Shown here piece by piece: positions 17,365-25,771 of a stretch of 64,000 bases of DNA (positions within the stretch are counted from its first letter, which is position 1; each line of letters begins with the position of its first letter). The notes beneath the pieces were generated by a model. The model saw only the letters and a program-made list of their open reading frames with translations. It made no database searches and was not told where the DNA came from. Source of the stretch: a virus; IMG/VR virus record IMGVR_UViG_3300022918_000011, positions 1 to 64,000 of that record; one strand, written 5' to 3'. The position numbers and the translations under genes were made by a program.

Positions 17365-18033
17365 ATGCTCGATACCTGCAAAATCATGAACTCCCTGCCT
17401 GGCGCTATTGACGTCACGCTGACAAAAGGCATGGCGTACACCGTGACCTACATGTGTCACGCCCGACTCTTCGATGTCGAGGCTGGCACAGACATTCACT
17501 GGGCAGACGCCAAGTTCCCGGTCCTTATCCACCGGCAGAACCCGGGCATGGTACAGCTGCACATGTACCACGGCCGGGACCGCGCCGACGAGAACCTGGA
17601 TGACTGGGGTTTCGACGGACCCTGCCTGACCGGGGCGCTGGCGGTCATCGAAGAAAAACAGCTGACGATGTACCACGCCGACGGCAGCTCGACGGTGTTG
17701 GCCATCGACGGTGATCTGCTGGCGTGGGACGGCAAGTTCTACGGCGACTTCAGCATTGACCGCCTGGGCGACGACGGAAAGGTAGAGGTCACTAACTTCC
17801 TGTCTAAGCGTGACGGTGAACAGCCTCTGGATCTGGACACGCTGACGCGGCGTCTGGCGGCCGGGAAGCCGCTGAACACGGCGCAGGCCAAGCGGGCTGG
17901 CGAGATGCTGGCAGCGCTGGCGTTGGTCCAAACCGAACTGGACGGCACCGAGTGGTCAGCTGAAACCTGCGGCAACATCGCTGGCTACCTTGACGCTGCT
18001 GGTCTGGTCGTGAAGGAGTTGAACAATGCCTAA
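17365..18033 (+). CDS. hypothetical protein
   Basis: GGAG SD; YHGR...LDDWGFDGP...DGKFYGDFS motif. Confidence 0.8.
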   Translation: MLDTCKIMNSLPGAIDVTLTKGMAYTVTYMCHARLFDVEAGTDIHWADAKFPVLIHRQNPGMVQLHMYHGRDRADENLDDWGFDGPCLTGALAVIEEKQLTMYHADGSSTVLAIDGDLLAWDGKFYGDFSIDRLGDDGKVEVTNFLSKRDGEQPLDLDTLTRRLAAGKPLNTAQAKRAGEMLAALALVQTELDGTEWSAETCGNIAGYLDAAGLVVKELNNA

Positions 18034-18229
18034 ATATCGAGTTTTTCTCGATGCCACGCTCGACATGAGTCGCGGCATCGACATAGAAGCCGAGTCTCCA
18101 GAGGCTGCCGAGGCAGCTGCGCTGGAGAAGATCCGGGCTTCAATCTACGAGCAGGAGATTGACCAGTGGAATTTCTCTGCTCATTACGTTAGCGAAGTCG
18201 AAGTGAGCGAGGTGACCCTTGACGATTAA
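18026..18229 (+). CDS. small acidic protein
   Basis: AAGGAG SD; IEAESPEAAE motif. Confidence 0.75.
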   Translation: MPKYRVFLDATLDMSRGIDIEAESPEAAEAAALEKIRASIYEQEIDQWNFSAHYVSEVEVSEVTLDD

Positions 18230-18578
18230 ACCAGTCACAACCGGCACCCTGATCCACGGCACGCAGCGTCGGCAGGACTTGATCCCCAAGTTCTGCGCAA
18301 CGCTGCTGGAGCTGGATCAGGAACGCGCCGAGCAGTGCTTCCGGCAGTTCTTCCACGACGTCGGCAAGGACAACCCGCTGATGAAACTGTGGGACTGCGC
18401 CGCTGGCCGGATTGCCTGGCCAGACGATGACGATCCGGTCTGGGACGACCAAGAGCTGTTCTTCTTTCAACTGAACCTGACCGATGATCTGGATGTGGTG
18501 TCACCGGAGGGTTACAGCTTCGGTACTCACCCCGGTGATGGGTCTGATTACGGGTGGTGGCCAAATGACGATGAGTAA
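18219..18578 (+). CDS. acidic conserved hypothetical protein
   Basis: HGT.R.QDLIP.F...PEGYSFGTHPGDGSDYGWW. Confidence 0.8.
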   Translation: MTIKPVTTGTLIHGTQRRQDLIPKFCATLLELDQERAEQCFRQFFHDVGKDNPLMKLWDCAAGRIAWPDDDDPVWDDQELFFFQLNLTDDLDVVSPEGYSFGTHPGDGSDYGWWPNDDE

Positions 18579-18876
18579 CTGGCTCGCAAGTGCAAACCTG
18601 AAAGCCGAGCGCTCCTGGGTAGAGCACATGGCCCTCTGCGTATACCCCCGGCACACGAAGATGGAAACCATCATCGTCGACGGCTGGGGTCACGGGTTCT
18701 ACCCAGAGCAGACGCTGCATGAGTGCGTTGCCAGCGGGTTCAGCATGTGCATCGCTGAGCCGGCTATCAAGCGTATCTGGGCAGCGTGGGATGCAGAGTA
18801 CCGAGCGACGTGTGAACAGCACGGCGGTCCCTGCGAGGTGCAGGGTTTCGTTTCTCAGTTCAGAACCGACGGGTGA
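18565..18876 (+). CDS. hypothetical protein
   Basis: Fills operon gap; start uncertain. Confidence 0.6.
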   Translation: MTMSNWLASANLKAERSWVEHMALCVYPRHTKMETIIVDGWGHGFYPEQTLHECVASGFSMCIAEPAIKRIWAAWDAEYRATCEQHGGPCEVQGFVSQFRTDG

Positions 18877-18880
18877 GCTG

Positions 18881-19120
18881 ATGAATCCATTTGATCCTAA
18901 ACCGTTTCCAGACGTTGTCGACTCTCTGGATCATGACGCCTTCTACCTGATCCACGGGTCCACCGTGGAAGAAGACACCGAATGCTGGCGTACAGCTTGG
19001 TGGGACAACGACGATAACTTGTTCTTCGACGCCAGTGGTAACGAGGTCGTCGAGGAAAACCTGCTGGTGGTGTTGTTCGTACTGCCGAGGATTGACACGG
19101 ATGAAGAAGCTCCAAGTTAA
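18881..19120 (+). CDS. small very acidic protein
   Basis: Asp/Glu-rich 79 aa. Confidence 0.65.
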   Translation: MNPFDPKPFPDVVDSLDHDAFYLIHGSTVEEDTECWRTAWWDNDDNLFFDASGNEVVEENLLVVLFVLPRIDTDEEAPS

Positions 19121-19310
19121 AGCCGGCGACACATGGGCCTGGGTGTTCTGCCGGTTCGCCGGACCAGAACGTCACGGCGAACTGATCACCACCGAGGACA
19201 AGTCCAAGGCGCTGCCCAGCGCCTCAGTCTGGGCAGACGATGACTTGGCCTGGGCCAAGAAGACGTGGCCGGAGCGAGAGTTCCGGCTGGGGCAAATGCT
19301 GGACAACTAA
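19101..19310 (+). CDS. hypothetical protein
   Basis: GAGG SD. Confidence 0.6.
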   Translation: MKKLQVKAGDTWAWVFCRFAGPERHGELITTEDKSKALPSASVWADDDLAWAKKTWPEREFRLGQMLDN

Positions 19311-19341
19311 ACGATAACCTTTCTCATATGGGAATTTGAAG

Positions 19342-20220
19342 ATGCGAAAAATTTTACTTGCGGTTTCCCTGGCGATGTTCGCCTCTGCAGCGTTCGCCGT
19401 GCCGGACTTGCGCTTCTGTACAGGAGGCGAGGGTGGGTTCTACGAAGGGTTGGGTACCAGCATCGGTAACGCCATCGTCAAGCAAGACGGCGGCGTCCTG
19501 AAGGTCCTGAACACCGGCGGCAGCGTTGAGAACGCCGAGCGCCTGAAGGACGGCACCTGTGACATCGCGGTCATCCAGAACGACGCGGTCATCAGCCTGC
19601 CCATGCCTGCGGACCTGAAGGTCAGCGACGCTCATGTCGAGGTCGTCTACTGGCTGCACGGCAAGGCCGGGGTCGATGACTTCGGCAAGATGGAAAAGGA
19701 CAGCGTCGCTGCCAAGTATGCTTTCGCAGCGGTGTCCGGCTCCGGCGCACTGGTGACGGTGCGTAACTGGATCAAGACCGACAAGGACTATGAAGGTGCC
19801 CGCATCGTCGAGTTCGATGATTGGTACAGCGCTGCCGAAGCGGTTGCCCAAGGCTATGTCAGTAAAGCAGGTGTGCGGATTGAAATCGCCGGCATGCTTT
19901 ACATCGGCCGAGCCGGAAAAATCCCGTCTGACATCACCGCTGACTTCGGTAAGCAGATCCTGATAGGCGAAGTGAATGATGACTCATTCGAGAACGCCAA
20001 AGACGCCAACAACAACCCGCTGTACACCCACTGCGAGGTGGACAAAGAAAGCCGCAGCGGCCTGGACACATCGACCACCGGCAAGCCGGACACCTACTGC
20101 TTGCGAGCCCAGATCGTATTCAACAATGAATACCTGAAGGGCCTCGCACCTGGTGATGTGAAGAAAGTTCGCCAGTCGGTGGACAAAGGCATCAACAGCA
20201 TCGTGAAAGTCGTTCGCTAA
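19342..20220 (+). CDS. TAXI-family TRAP periplasmic solute-binding protein homologue
   Basis: Signal peptide ending AFA; TGG.GG.Y..LG, T.GSVEN..RL..G..DIA.IQ.D, SGSG motifs. Confidence 0.85.
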   Translation: MRKILLAVSLAMFASAAFAVPDLRFCTGGEGGFYEGLGTSIGNAIVKQDGGVLKVLNTGGSVENAERLKDGTCDIAVIQNDAVISLPMPADLKVSDAHVEVVYWLHGKAGVDDFGKMEKDSVAAKYAFAAVSGSGALVTVRNWIKTDKDYEGARIVEFDDWYSAAEAVAQGYVSKAGVRIEIAGMLYIGRAGKIPSDITADFGKQILIGEVNDDSFENAKDANNNPLYTHCEVDKESRSGLDTSTTGKPDTYCLRAQIVFNNEYLKGLAPGDVKKVRQSVDKGINSIVKVVR

Positions 20221-20236
20221 CACAGCGCACTGAACG

Positions 20237-20260
20237 CTGCCGTCTGGATCCAGACGGCAG
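20237..20260. repeat. perfect 24-bp intergenic palindrome
   Basis: CTGCCGTCTGGATCCAGACGGCAG. Confidence 0.85.
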
Positions 20261-20312
20261 TCAGTTGAGTCCGTTGACAACCACAGAGCTTAGCGCTCAC
20301 AGGAGAAACGAT

Positions 20313-20912
20313 ATGGGAACCCCGCACCGCGTTGAACAGGTTGAGATCTTCCACTTCGATCAGCTTTCGGATGGAGCCAAGGAGAAAGCCCGGGAGTGGT
20401 GGCGCAGGCTTGAGCAAAGCGACATGGCATGGGCAGCGGAGCGCCGCGACACGATGGACGCCTTCGCCAAGGAGTTCAACGTCACGTTCCCCAGGTGGGA
20501 GTATGACCAGTGGACATCGAGTGTCGAGACCAGTTGTAGCCGGGTGGATGACGCCATCCGGGATCTGGAGGGGCCGCGTCTCATGGCGTACCTCTGGAAC
20601 AACCACAAGGGCATCTTGTACACCCCGAAGGTGTACGAGGTAGACAAGAAGAAGCGCCGTAGCCGCGTGATCCTTGAAGAAACCAGCTGCCCGTTCACCG
20701 GTTACTGCATGGACGATGACATCCTGCAGCCGATCCGGGACTTCATGAAGAAACCGGTCGGGTTCAAGTTCGACACGCTGATGGATGCCTGCGGTGACGC
20801 TTGGGGCAAGTCAGCGCAAGAAGACTTGGCCTGGATCATGGCCGATGAGCAGGTGGACGAGACAATCATGGCCAACGAGTACGAATTCACAGTGGAAGGG
20901 GAGCGTGTATGA
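20313..20912 (+). CDS. conserved MGE protein (family often auto-labelled antitoxin)
   Basis: F.FDQLSD.AKEKAREWW...DE.VDE.I.ANEYEFT.EG. Confidence 0.75.
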   Translation: MGTPHRVEQVEIFHFDQLSDGAKEKAREWWRRLEQSDMAWAAERRDTMDAFAKEFNVTFPRWEYDQWTSSVETSCSRVDDAIRDLEGPRLMAYLWNNHKGILYTPKVYEVDKKKRRSRVILEETSCPFTGYCMDDDILQPIRDFMKKPVGFKFDTLMDACGDAWGKSAQEDLAWIMADEQVDETIMANEYEFTVEGERV

Positions 20913-21376
20913 ACGAAGTCACCCTCTCCGTCGTCCTGCGCTACTCCAGCGCCGCGGCGTTCGCACCGGCCATTGATCGGGTCCAGCAGATCCTGGACGC
21001 TGCCATCGCAACCGAGCTGCTAAACTTTCCTGATTACCAGAACGAGTGTCAGGGTGCCAAGGTGTACGGCGCCCCGCTGTATCTGTGCTACCTGCCGGAC
21101 ATCATCACCGTCAAGGGTGATTACATCACCCGGCACGGTAACAAGGTCAGCATCGACACCATCAAGCCGCCCGGTACCAACACCGGTACCGAGTACAGGG
21201 CCGTAGGCCGCGTCTGGCGGCTTTTCCGGGGCAAGATGCGCCCACGCATGCCCAACATGTGGCATGTCAGCGGACGCTGCGACGGCTCACGAGAGAGCGG
21301 CAAGGACATCGTCGGGCCGTGGCCTGGTGATGACGTGATGGCCCCGCCGAAAGACGGGGCAAAGTGGTTACCATGA
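20909..21376 (+). CDS. hypothetical protein
   Basis: ATGA overlap; G.Y.TR.G..V...W...G...DIV domain. Confidence 0.7.
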   Translation: MNEVTLSVVLRYSSAAAFAPAIDRVQQILDAAIATELLNFPDYQNECQGAKVYGAPLYLCYLPDIITVKGDYITRHGNKVSIDTIKPPGTNTGTEYRAVGRVWRLFRGKMRPRMPNMWHVSGRCDGSRESGKDIVGPWPGDDVMAPPKDGAKWLP

Positions 21377-21475
21377 GTTAGTCGAAACTTCCCGGCGACG
21401 GTCGGGTTGTCTGCAGGGCTCGGCCTACCTGCACTGAGGTGACAGGCCAACCACACGCTGGACCAAGCAGTGAGG

Positions 21476-21493
21476 CGTTAATCTAGATTAACG
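21476..21493. repeat. perfect 18-bp palindrome (operator-like)
   Basis: CGTTAATCTAGATTAACG upstream of gene at 21530. Confidence 0.8.
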
Positions 21494-21529
21494 GCAGCAA
21501 AGCAGTAGCCGAAGCAGAGGCTATTAAAA

Positions 21530-22129
21530 ATGAAGCAGTTAGACTTGGCAGTTATATTAACCGACATCGAGAATGCCAGTGGCAAGGTCGAAGATGTAGC
21601 AACCGGGATCATCCAGTTCATCAGGGAGAACGACGTCAAGGACATCGACCACCTCAACGAGGTGTTGGCCGATGCTTTTGCCAAGAAGAACTGGAGTCAA
21701 CGGCAAGGCCGGCCACCTGCAGGATCGACCGAGGTCGCCGCGCCGCGCGCCGTGAAGCTGTATGTCTCCACGCTGCGCACCGGGTACCGTTATGGGTTCG
21801 ATGTGCAGTCGTTCGAGACCATGCGGGCACTGCGGGATGCAGTGGCCACTGAAACAGAAGCGCGTCGACCTTCACCGGCGTCTCAGGTTCGCCTGGCTGC
21901 GCTGAAGGGTGTAAAGCTGACCTCAGAGTCAGAATTTAACGGAGCAGTTTGGCACGATGGCCCGTTGTTGTTCATCCGGCTGCCGGATGAGCGCAAGGAA
22001 GCGCTGGAAACAGCCATCCAGAAGGTCATCAACAAGTTCATGAAAGAACTTCCGAAGGTTGAGGATGAGCCGGAGGAGGAGCAGTATCAGGAAGAAGGCG
22101 AGGGGGAGGAAATGCAAGAAGCCTCCTAA
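21530..22129 (+). CDS. hypothetical protein with GRP motif and acidic tail
   Basis: GAGG SD; RQGRPP; Glu-rich C-terminus. Confidence 0.8.
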   Translation: MKQLDLAVILTDIENASGKVEDVATGIIQFIRENDVKDIDHLNEVLADAFAKKNWSQRQGRPPAGSTEVAAPRAVKLYVSTLRTGYRYGFDVQSFETMRALRDAVATETEARRPSPASQVRLAALKGVKLTSESEFNGAVWHDGPLLFIRLPDERKEALETAIQKVINKFMKELPKVEDEPEEEQYQEEGEGEEMQEAS

Positions 22130-22131
22130 AG

Positions 22132-22172
22132 TATTATCCGGATAATAGTTACGCCCTGCGGGGCGTAACTAT
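22132..22172. repeat. 16-bp palindrome overlapping a 12-bp hairpin
   Basis: TATTATCCGGATAATA (22132-22147); ATAGTTACGCCC-tgcg-GGGCGTAACTAT (22145-22172). Confidence 0.75.
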
Positions 22173-22185
22173 CTGAGAGGCTGGG

Positions 22186-22587
22186 ATGAAAGCAGTAACC
22201 CTGTTGTTTGCCGTGCTGCTGTGCGCTGGATGTGTCGAGAAACGCCCGACCCCGCCGCCAGAAATATTCAAGCTTGGGTTGAACGGGTTCTACTGCCCAA
22301 CCCAACATCTGATCTTCGCCCAGGCGTACATGTTCGCCATCCTCCATCGACCCCAGATCATGGAAGGCTGCACCACTGAAGGTGCGGGCAACTTTGTCAC
22401 GCTGATCTCCGAGCGCCGCGACGGCGTGGCAGCTGAGGTTGAGCTGAACGGACGCCGCGTCTGGGTGCTGGACGTGCAGCTGGAGACCACCGTAACCCCG
22501 CCGCCATCCGCCGCAGTGGTACCGCTCAAGGTACCGACTCTGCTGGTGCCTAAAGACGGGCTGCCACAGCATAAGGAGTACCTATGA
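22186..22587 (+). CDS. putative lipoprotein
   Basis: MKAVTLLFAVLLCAG-C lipobox. Confidence 0.7.
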   Translation: MKAVTLLFAVLLCAGCVEKRPTPPPEIFKLGLNGFYCPTQHLIFAQAYMFAILHRPQIMEGCTTEGAGNFVTLISERRDGVAAEVELNGRRVWVLDVQLETTVTPPPSAAVVPLKVPTLLVPKDGLPQHKEYL

Positions 22588-22769
22588 ACGAGCGGGCTGA
22601 GCTGGAGAGGTTCAAGCAGGCGTTTGTTCATGCGGACTTGACGCTGGCAGATACACTGATCCCGGTCGCGACCTTCAAACACCTGACGACCCAGCTGTTG
22701 TGGCTGGGCTGGCAGGCAGCGCTGACCTTCCGGGAAGGCCGCCTGGACGACGACGGCATCCCGCTCTAA
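22584..22769 (+). CDS. hypothetical protein
   Basis: TAAGGAG SD; W.GWQAA motif. Confidence 0.7.
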   Translation: MNERAELERFKQAFVHADLTLADTLIPVATFKHLTTQLLWLGWQAALTFREGRLDDDGIPL

Positions 22770-22840
22770 ACGCAACACATTCCCATCCACCAAAACCAAA
22801 ATCCGAAAAATTTCTTTTCGGGTTCTCAGGAGTCACGCCT

Positions 22841-23017
22841 ATGCGATTCTTCGTCGATGACGAACGCCGCCTGGTACGCACCCATGACAGTGTCGGCGGT
22901 TACCCCTTCAGCTCTTACAACTGGCGAGAGGTCACGCCGGAAGAGTACGACGCCTTCAGAAAAGTGACGGCGTCGATGAAGCCCAAAGAACTGCGCAAGT
23001 TGCGGGGGTTCGCATGA
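22841..23017 (+). CDS. hypothetical protein
   Basis: AGGAG SD. Confidence 0.7.
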   Translation: MRFFVDDERRLVRTHDSVGGYPFSSYNWREVTPEEYDAFRKVTASMKPKELRKLRGFA

Positions 23018-23199
23018 CCGACACCCCTCGCTCCACCGGCCGGATCAAACGCTTGGCCCGTCGGTACCGTAAAGAACATCCCGAGGCGAGTTGGACAGAA
23101 TGTCTGAACGCCGTGTCCCAGCAGTTCGGCTGGGCTGACTACAAGGCAGCGTTCAAAACGCTGCCAGAGAAAGACCCGGAGGTCAGCGATGGAAATTAA
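23014..23199 (+). CDS. small helical protein (glyoxalase_8-like pattern)
   Basis: IKRLARR......L..V..QFGW.DY. Confidence 0.6.
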   Translation: MTDTPRSTGRIKRLARRYRKEHPEASWTECLNAVSQQFGWADYKAAFKTLPEKDPEVSDGN

Positions 23200-23590
23200 C
23201 ATCACCAAATTCTTCAACACGGCAGCTGTCCGGGAGTTCTCCGGGTCGATAGCCGAGCGTGGCGAGAACGCCGGCAAGGAAACGTGGGCCAACGCCTGCG
23301 AGGAGGCAGCGGACGAACCGCTGCTCACCACGCCGGAGCAGCTGCAAGCCATGCGTGACCACGTCAAAGGCTTCGGTTCCTGGAGCGACGAGGAGATCGC
23401 AGGGTGGACCGACGTTGAGGTCAATGCACTGTTCATCCAGATGATCGCTGGCGACATCCGTGAGGTGCCGGACATGACCCCGCAGACTTGGGACTGGGAC
23501 CTGTACGAGGAGATGTCGCAGGAAGGCATCATCGGCAGTGAGGTGTTCAAGGGTGACGACGGCGAAATTTATTACCACTTAGGAAACTGA
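23189..23590 (+). CDS. acidic conserved hypothetical protein
   Basis: GGAGGT SD; S.AE.G.NAG..TW...GSWSDEEI..W...NALFIQ.IAGD. Confidence 0.8.
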   Translation: MEINITKFFNTAAVREFSGSIAERGENAGKETWANACEEAADEPLLTTPEQLQAMRDHVKGFGSWSDEEIAGWTDVEVNALFIQMIAGDIREVPDMTPQTWDWDLYEEMSQEGIIGSEVFKGDDGEIYYHLGN

Positions 23591-23592
23591 CC

Positions 23593-23784
23593 ATGGCTGA
23601 GAAAATCACCATCGTCATCGAGACCGGCAACGCTGCGTTCGATGACAGTCCGGCTACTGAAGTAGGCCGGATCCTCAAGGACTTGGCAGACAAGTTCCAA
23701 TACAGCGGTGTGGTGATAGGCACGCTGCGTGATATCAACGGTAACCGGGTTGGTACCGTGAACATTGAGCAGGTGCCCGAATGA
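23593..23784 (+). CDS. conserved small phage protein
   Basis: I.T.NAAF...EV.RIL...LRD.NGN.VG. Confidence 0.8.
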   Translation: MAEKITIVIETGNAAFDDSPATEVGRILKDLADKFQYSGVVIGTLRDINGNRVGTVNIEQVPE

Positions 23785-24248
23785 AACTCGTCCAACGCAT
23801 CACCTTTGAAACAACCTTCGAAGTCCCGGACAACGTGGACTACAAGCAGCTGGTCAAGAACCGCATGGCTGCGCTCGATGACTTCGAGACTGAGCTGGGA
23901 GACAACAAGGCCCTGCGCCCTGCTGGCTCCGTCGGCGCCGACGTCACCATGAGCGTGAACCTCAAGACGGACGTCGAACTGCTGACCATGCCGGCGCTGA
24001 GCACGGCGCACATCAGCTACGAGGCTGACAGCTGGTTGGGCGAGTGGGGCAGCTCATGCCACGCTCTGGTAATGGCCGACGGAGACGCCGGTTACTTCGT
24101 CCGGGTTCTCACAGACCACGCTGATATAGAGTTGGTACCGCAGTCCATCCGCGAGGTCGCTGCCTGGGCCAACAACTGCGGCCACCACTGGTTCCGGCTG
24201 GACCGAGACGCCCCGCGCGTTGACGGCCTAACCGCTTACGACTGGTGA
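23781..24248 (+). CDS. DUF5983-like protein
   Basis: LSTAHI...G.FV...P..I...A...G..W..LD.DA..V.GL..YDW. Confidence 0.7.
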   Translation: MKLVQRITFETTFEVPDNVDYKQLVKNRMAALDDFETELGDNKALRPAGSVGADVTMSVNLKTDVELLTMPALSTAHISYEADSWLGEWGSSCHALVMADGDAGYFVRVLTDHADIELVPQSIREVAAWANNCGHHWFRLDRDAPRVDGLTAYDW

Positions 24249-24252
24249 TCCC

Positions 24253-24582
24253 ATGATGAAGCGAATGACGGTCACCTTCTCGACGGTGATCGAGGCTGAG
24301 AACTGGTCAGGGCATGACCGGCGAGAGTTCAACGTTGAGTTCGACAGCACCAAGACCCTCACGGGTGTGGACCTGATGAGGCTCAACGACCTGATGGAGT
24401 ACGCCCACTCCATCAACAAACTCCAAGGCTTCGACATCGCCTACACGGTAGGCAAGATGATCGAACAGGATCTGTCCCGCCCAGCTGAAACCTTCACAGC
24501 CTGTCAACAGGATCTGGATGACCTCGACCTGCTGTCGTGGAAGCTGGAAGTGAAGGTCCGTTACGCGAGGCTACCAACGTGA
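24253..24582 (+). CDS. hypothetical protein
   Basis: Fills operon gap. Confidence 0.7.
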   Translation: MMKRMTVTFSTVIEAENWSGHDRREFNVEFDSTKTLTGVDLMRLNDLMEYAHSINKLQGFDIAYTVGKMIEQDLSRPAETFTACQQDLDDLDLLSWKLEVKVRYARLPT

Positions 24583-25199
24583 AGATCAAAGTCACCGAGT
24601 ACCACATCAGGGAGTTCACTATCGAGCTCCCTGATTGCTTCACCACCTACGACAAGGTGGACAAGCACACCGAGCGCCAGCGTCTCAAGTACGACGGCCC
24701 GGTGCAGGAATCAGTAAGCCAGATCGAATGGAGTCATGTTCTGGAGACCAACCGGGACGTGGCCAAGACCTTGGCTCTGTTCAAGCCGACGTTCCAGCAC
24801 ATCCCGTTCAACTTCAGCGGGTACGAGCGGGAGTGTTGGCTGCTGTACATCACTGACTGCCTCCCGGCGGGCGGCGCCTGGCTGAACTACCGGACCTGGC
24901 TCAACACCGGAGCGTTCGAGCATCACCCTGACCGGGTGGCAGAATGCTTCGAAGACGGTGACAGTGAGCGTATCTACGTTCACTTCCGGGTTGCCCCGGA
25001 GGGCGATGTGGTTGCGCTGTGGGGTGAACCTGACCGCAGGGGGCTCATCAGCAGCTATCAGCACGTCGGCCAGCACGGTGACGCATCGCCTGAACTGGTC
25101 GCTGACTGGCGGGTGGCTACGGCAGCCGAGAAGGCTGACCTGTTCAAAGAATTGGAAGGTCGCGGTTACGTGATCGTGGATAAGGAACCGAAAGCATGA
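24579..25199 (+). CDS. mosaic hypothetical protein
   Basis: GTGA overlap; C-terminal V.FR...GDV.AL...SYQH.GQH...L..ELE..GY domain. Confidence 0.75.
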   Translation: MKIKVTEYHIREFTIELPDCFTTYDKVDKHTERQRLKYDGPVQESVSQIEWSHVLETNRDVAKTLALFKPTFQHIPFNFSGYERECWLLYITDCLPAGGAWLNYRTWLNTGAFEHHPDRVAECFEDGDSERIYVHFRVAPEGDVVALWGEPDRRGLISSYQHVGQHGDASPELVADWRVATAAEKADLFKELEGRGYVIVDKEPKA

Positions 25200-25519
25200 T
25201 TTTCGACACCGGAAACACCAGCGACAAAGCCGACGTAGGCATGCTGATTTTCAGCATCACCACTTACCTGCGGGATAACCATGGTGTCGGCTGCCAGATC
25301 GTCGACACCATGCGGGTTGCCGAGGAGGCAGCGTACTGGTTGCACGAGCTGGTTCTGGTAGATGACAGCTGGGACGGCGTCGTCTGGTACGAATATCTGG
25401 AAAGCGCCAGCAAAGGATCTCTTGCACAAACGCTTTCCGGCTGTGTAGATTGCGAGGCTATCCCTGTACCTGCTGCGGTACGGCTCTGGCTTAAAATCAA
25501 CGAGATCCAAATGAAATGA
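25196..25519 (+). CDS. hypothetical protein
   Basis: TAAGGA SD; WDGVVWYE motif. Confidence 0.7.
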   Translation: MIFDTGNTSDKADVGMLIFSITTYLRDNHGVGCQIVDTMRVAEEAAYWLHELVLVDDSWDGVVWYEYLESASKGSLAQTLSGCVDCEAIPVPAAVRLWLKINEIQMK

Positions 25520-25761
25520 TTCACGTTATCTGTCGCAACGGGCAGCTTGAAATTCTCAAGCGTGAGGCGGTAAGCAGGCGTCGACGGTGGGACATCAGGG
25601 TTACATACGACACACCACTCGGTGAGCAGGTGATCCACATCAAGCCTGACAACAAATGCCGACTGCCTCAGTTAGCCAAGATAGTGTCAGACGCCATCCA
25701 CGAAGACATACGCCTTACCGGCACCGTAAATAACATTGCCTGGGAAGCCAAGGGCAGATAA
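25516..25761 (+). CDS. hypothetical protein
   Basis: ATGA overlap. Confidence 0.6.
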   Translation: MIHVICRNGQLEILKREAVSRRRRWDIRVTYDTPLGEQVIHIKPDNKCRLPQLAKIVSDAIHEDIRLTGTVNNIAWEAKGR

Positions 25762-25771
25762 GGAGTTGCAC

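Noticed and set aside
20313-20912. Toxin-antitoxin system
   Set aside because: The antitoxin label for this family is, to my knowledge, annotation carry-over; no adjacent toxin is recognisable.
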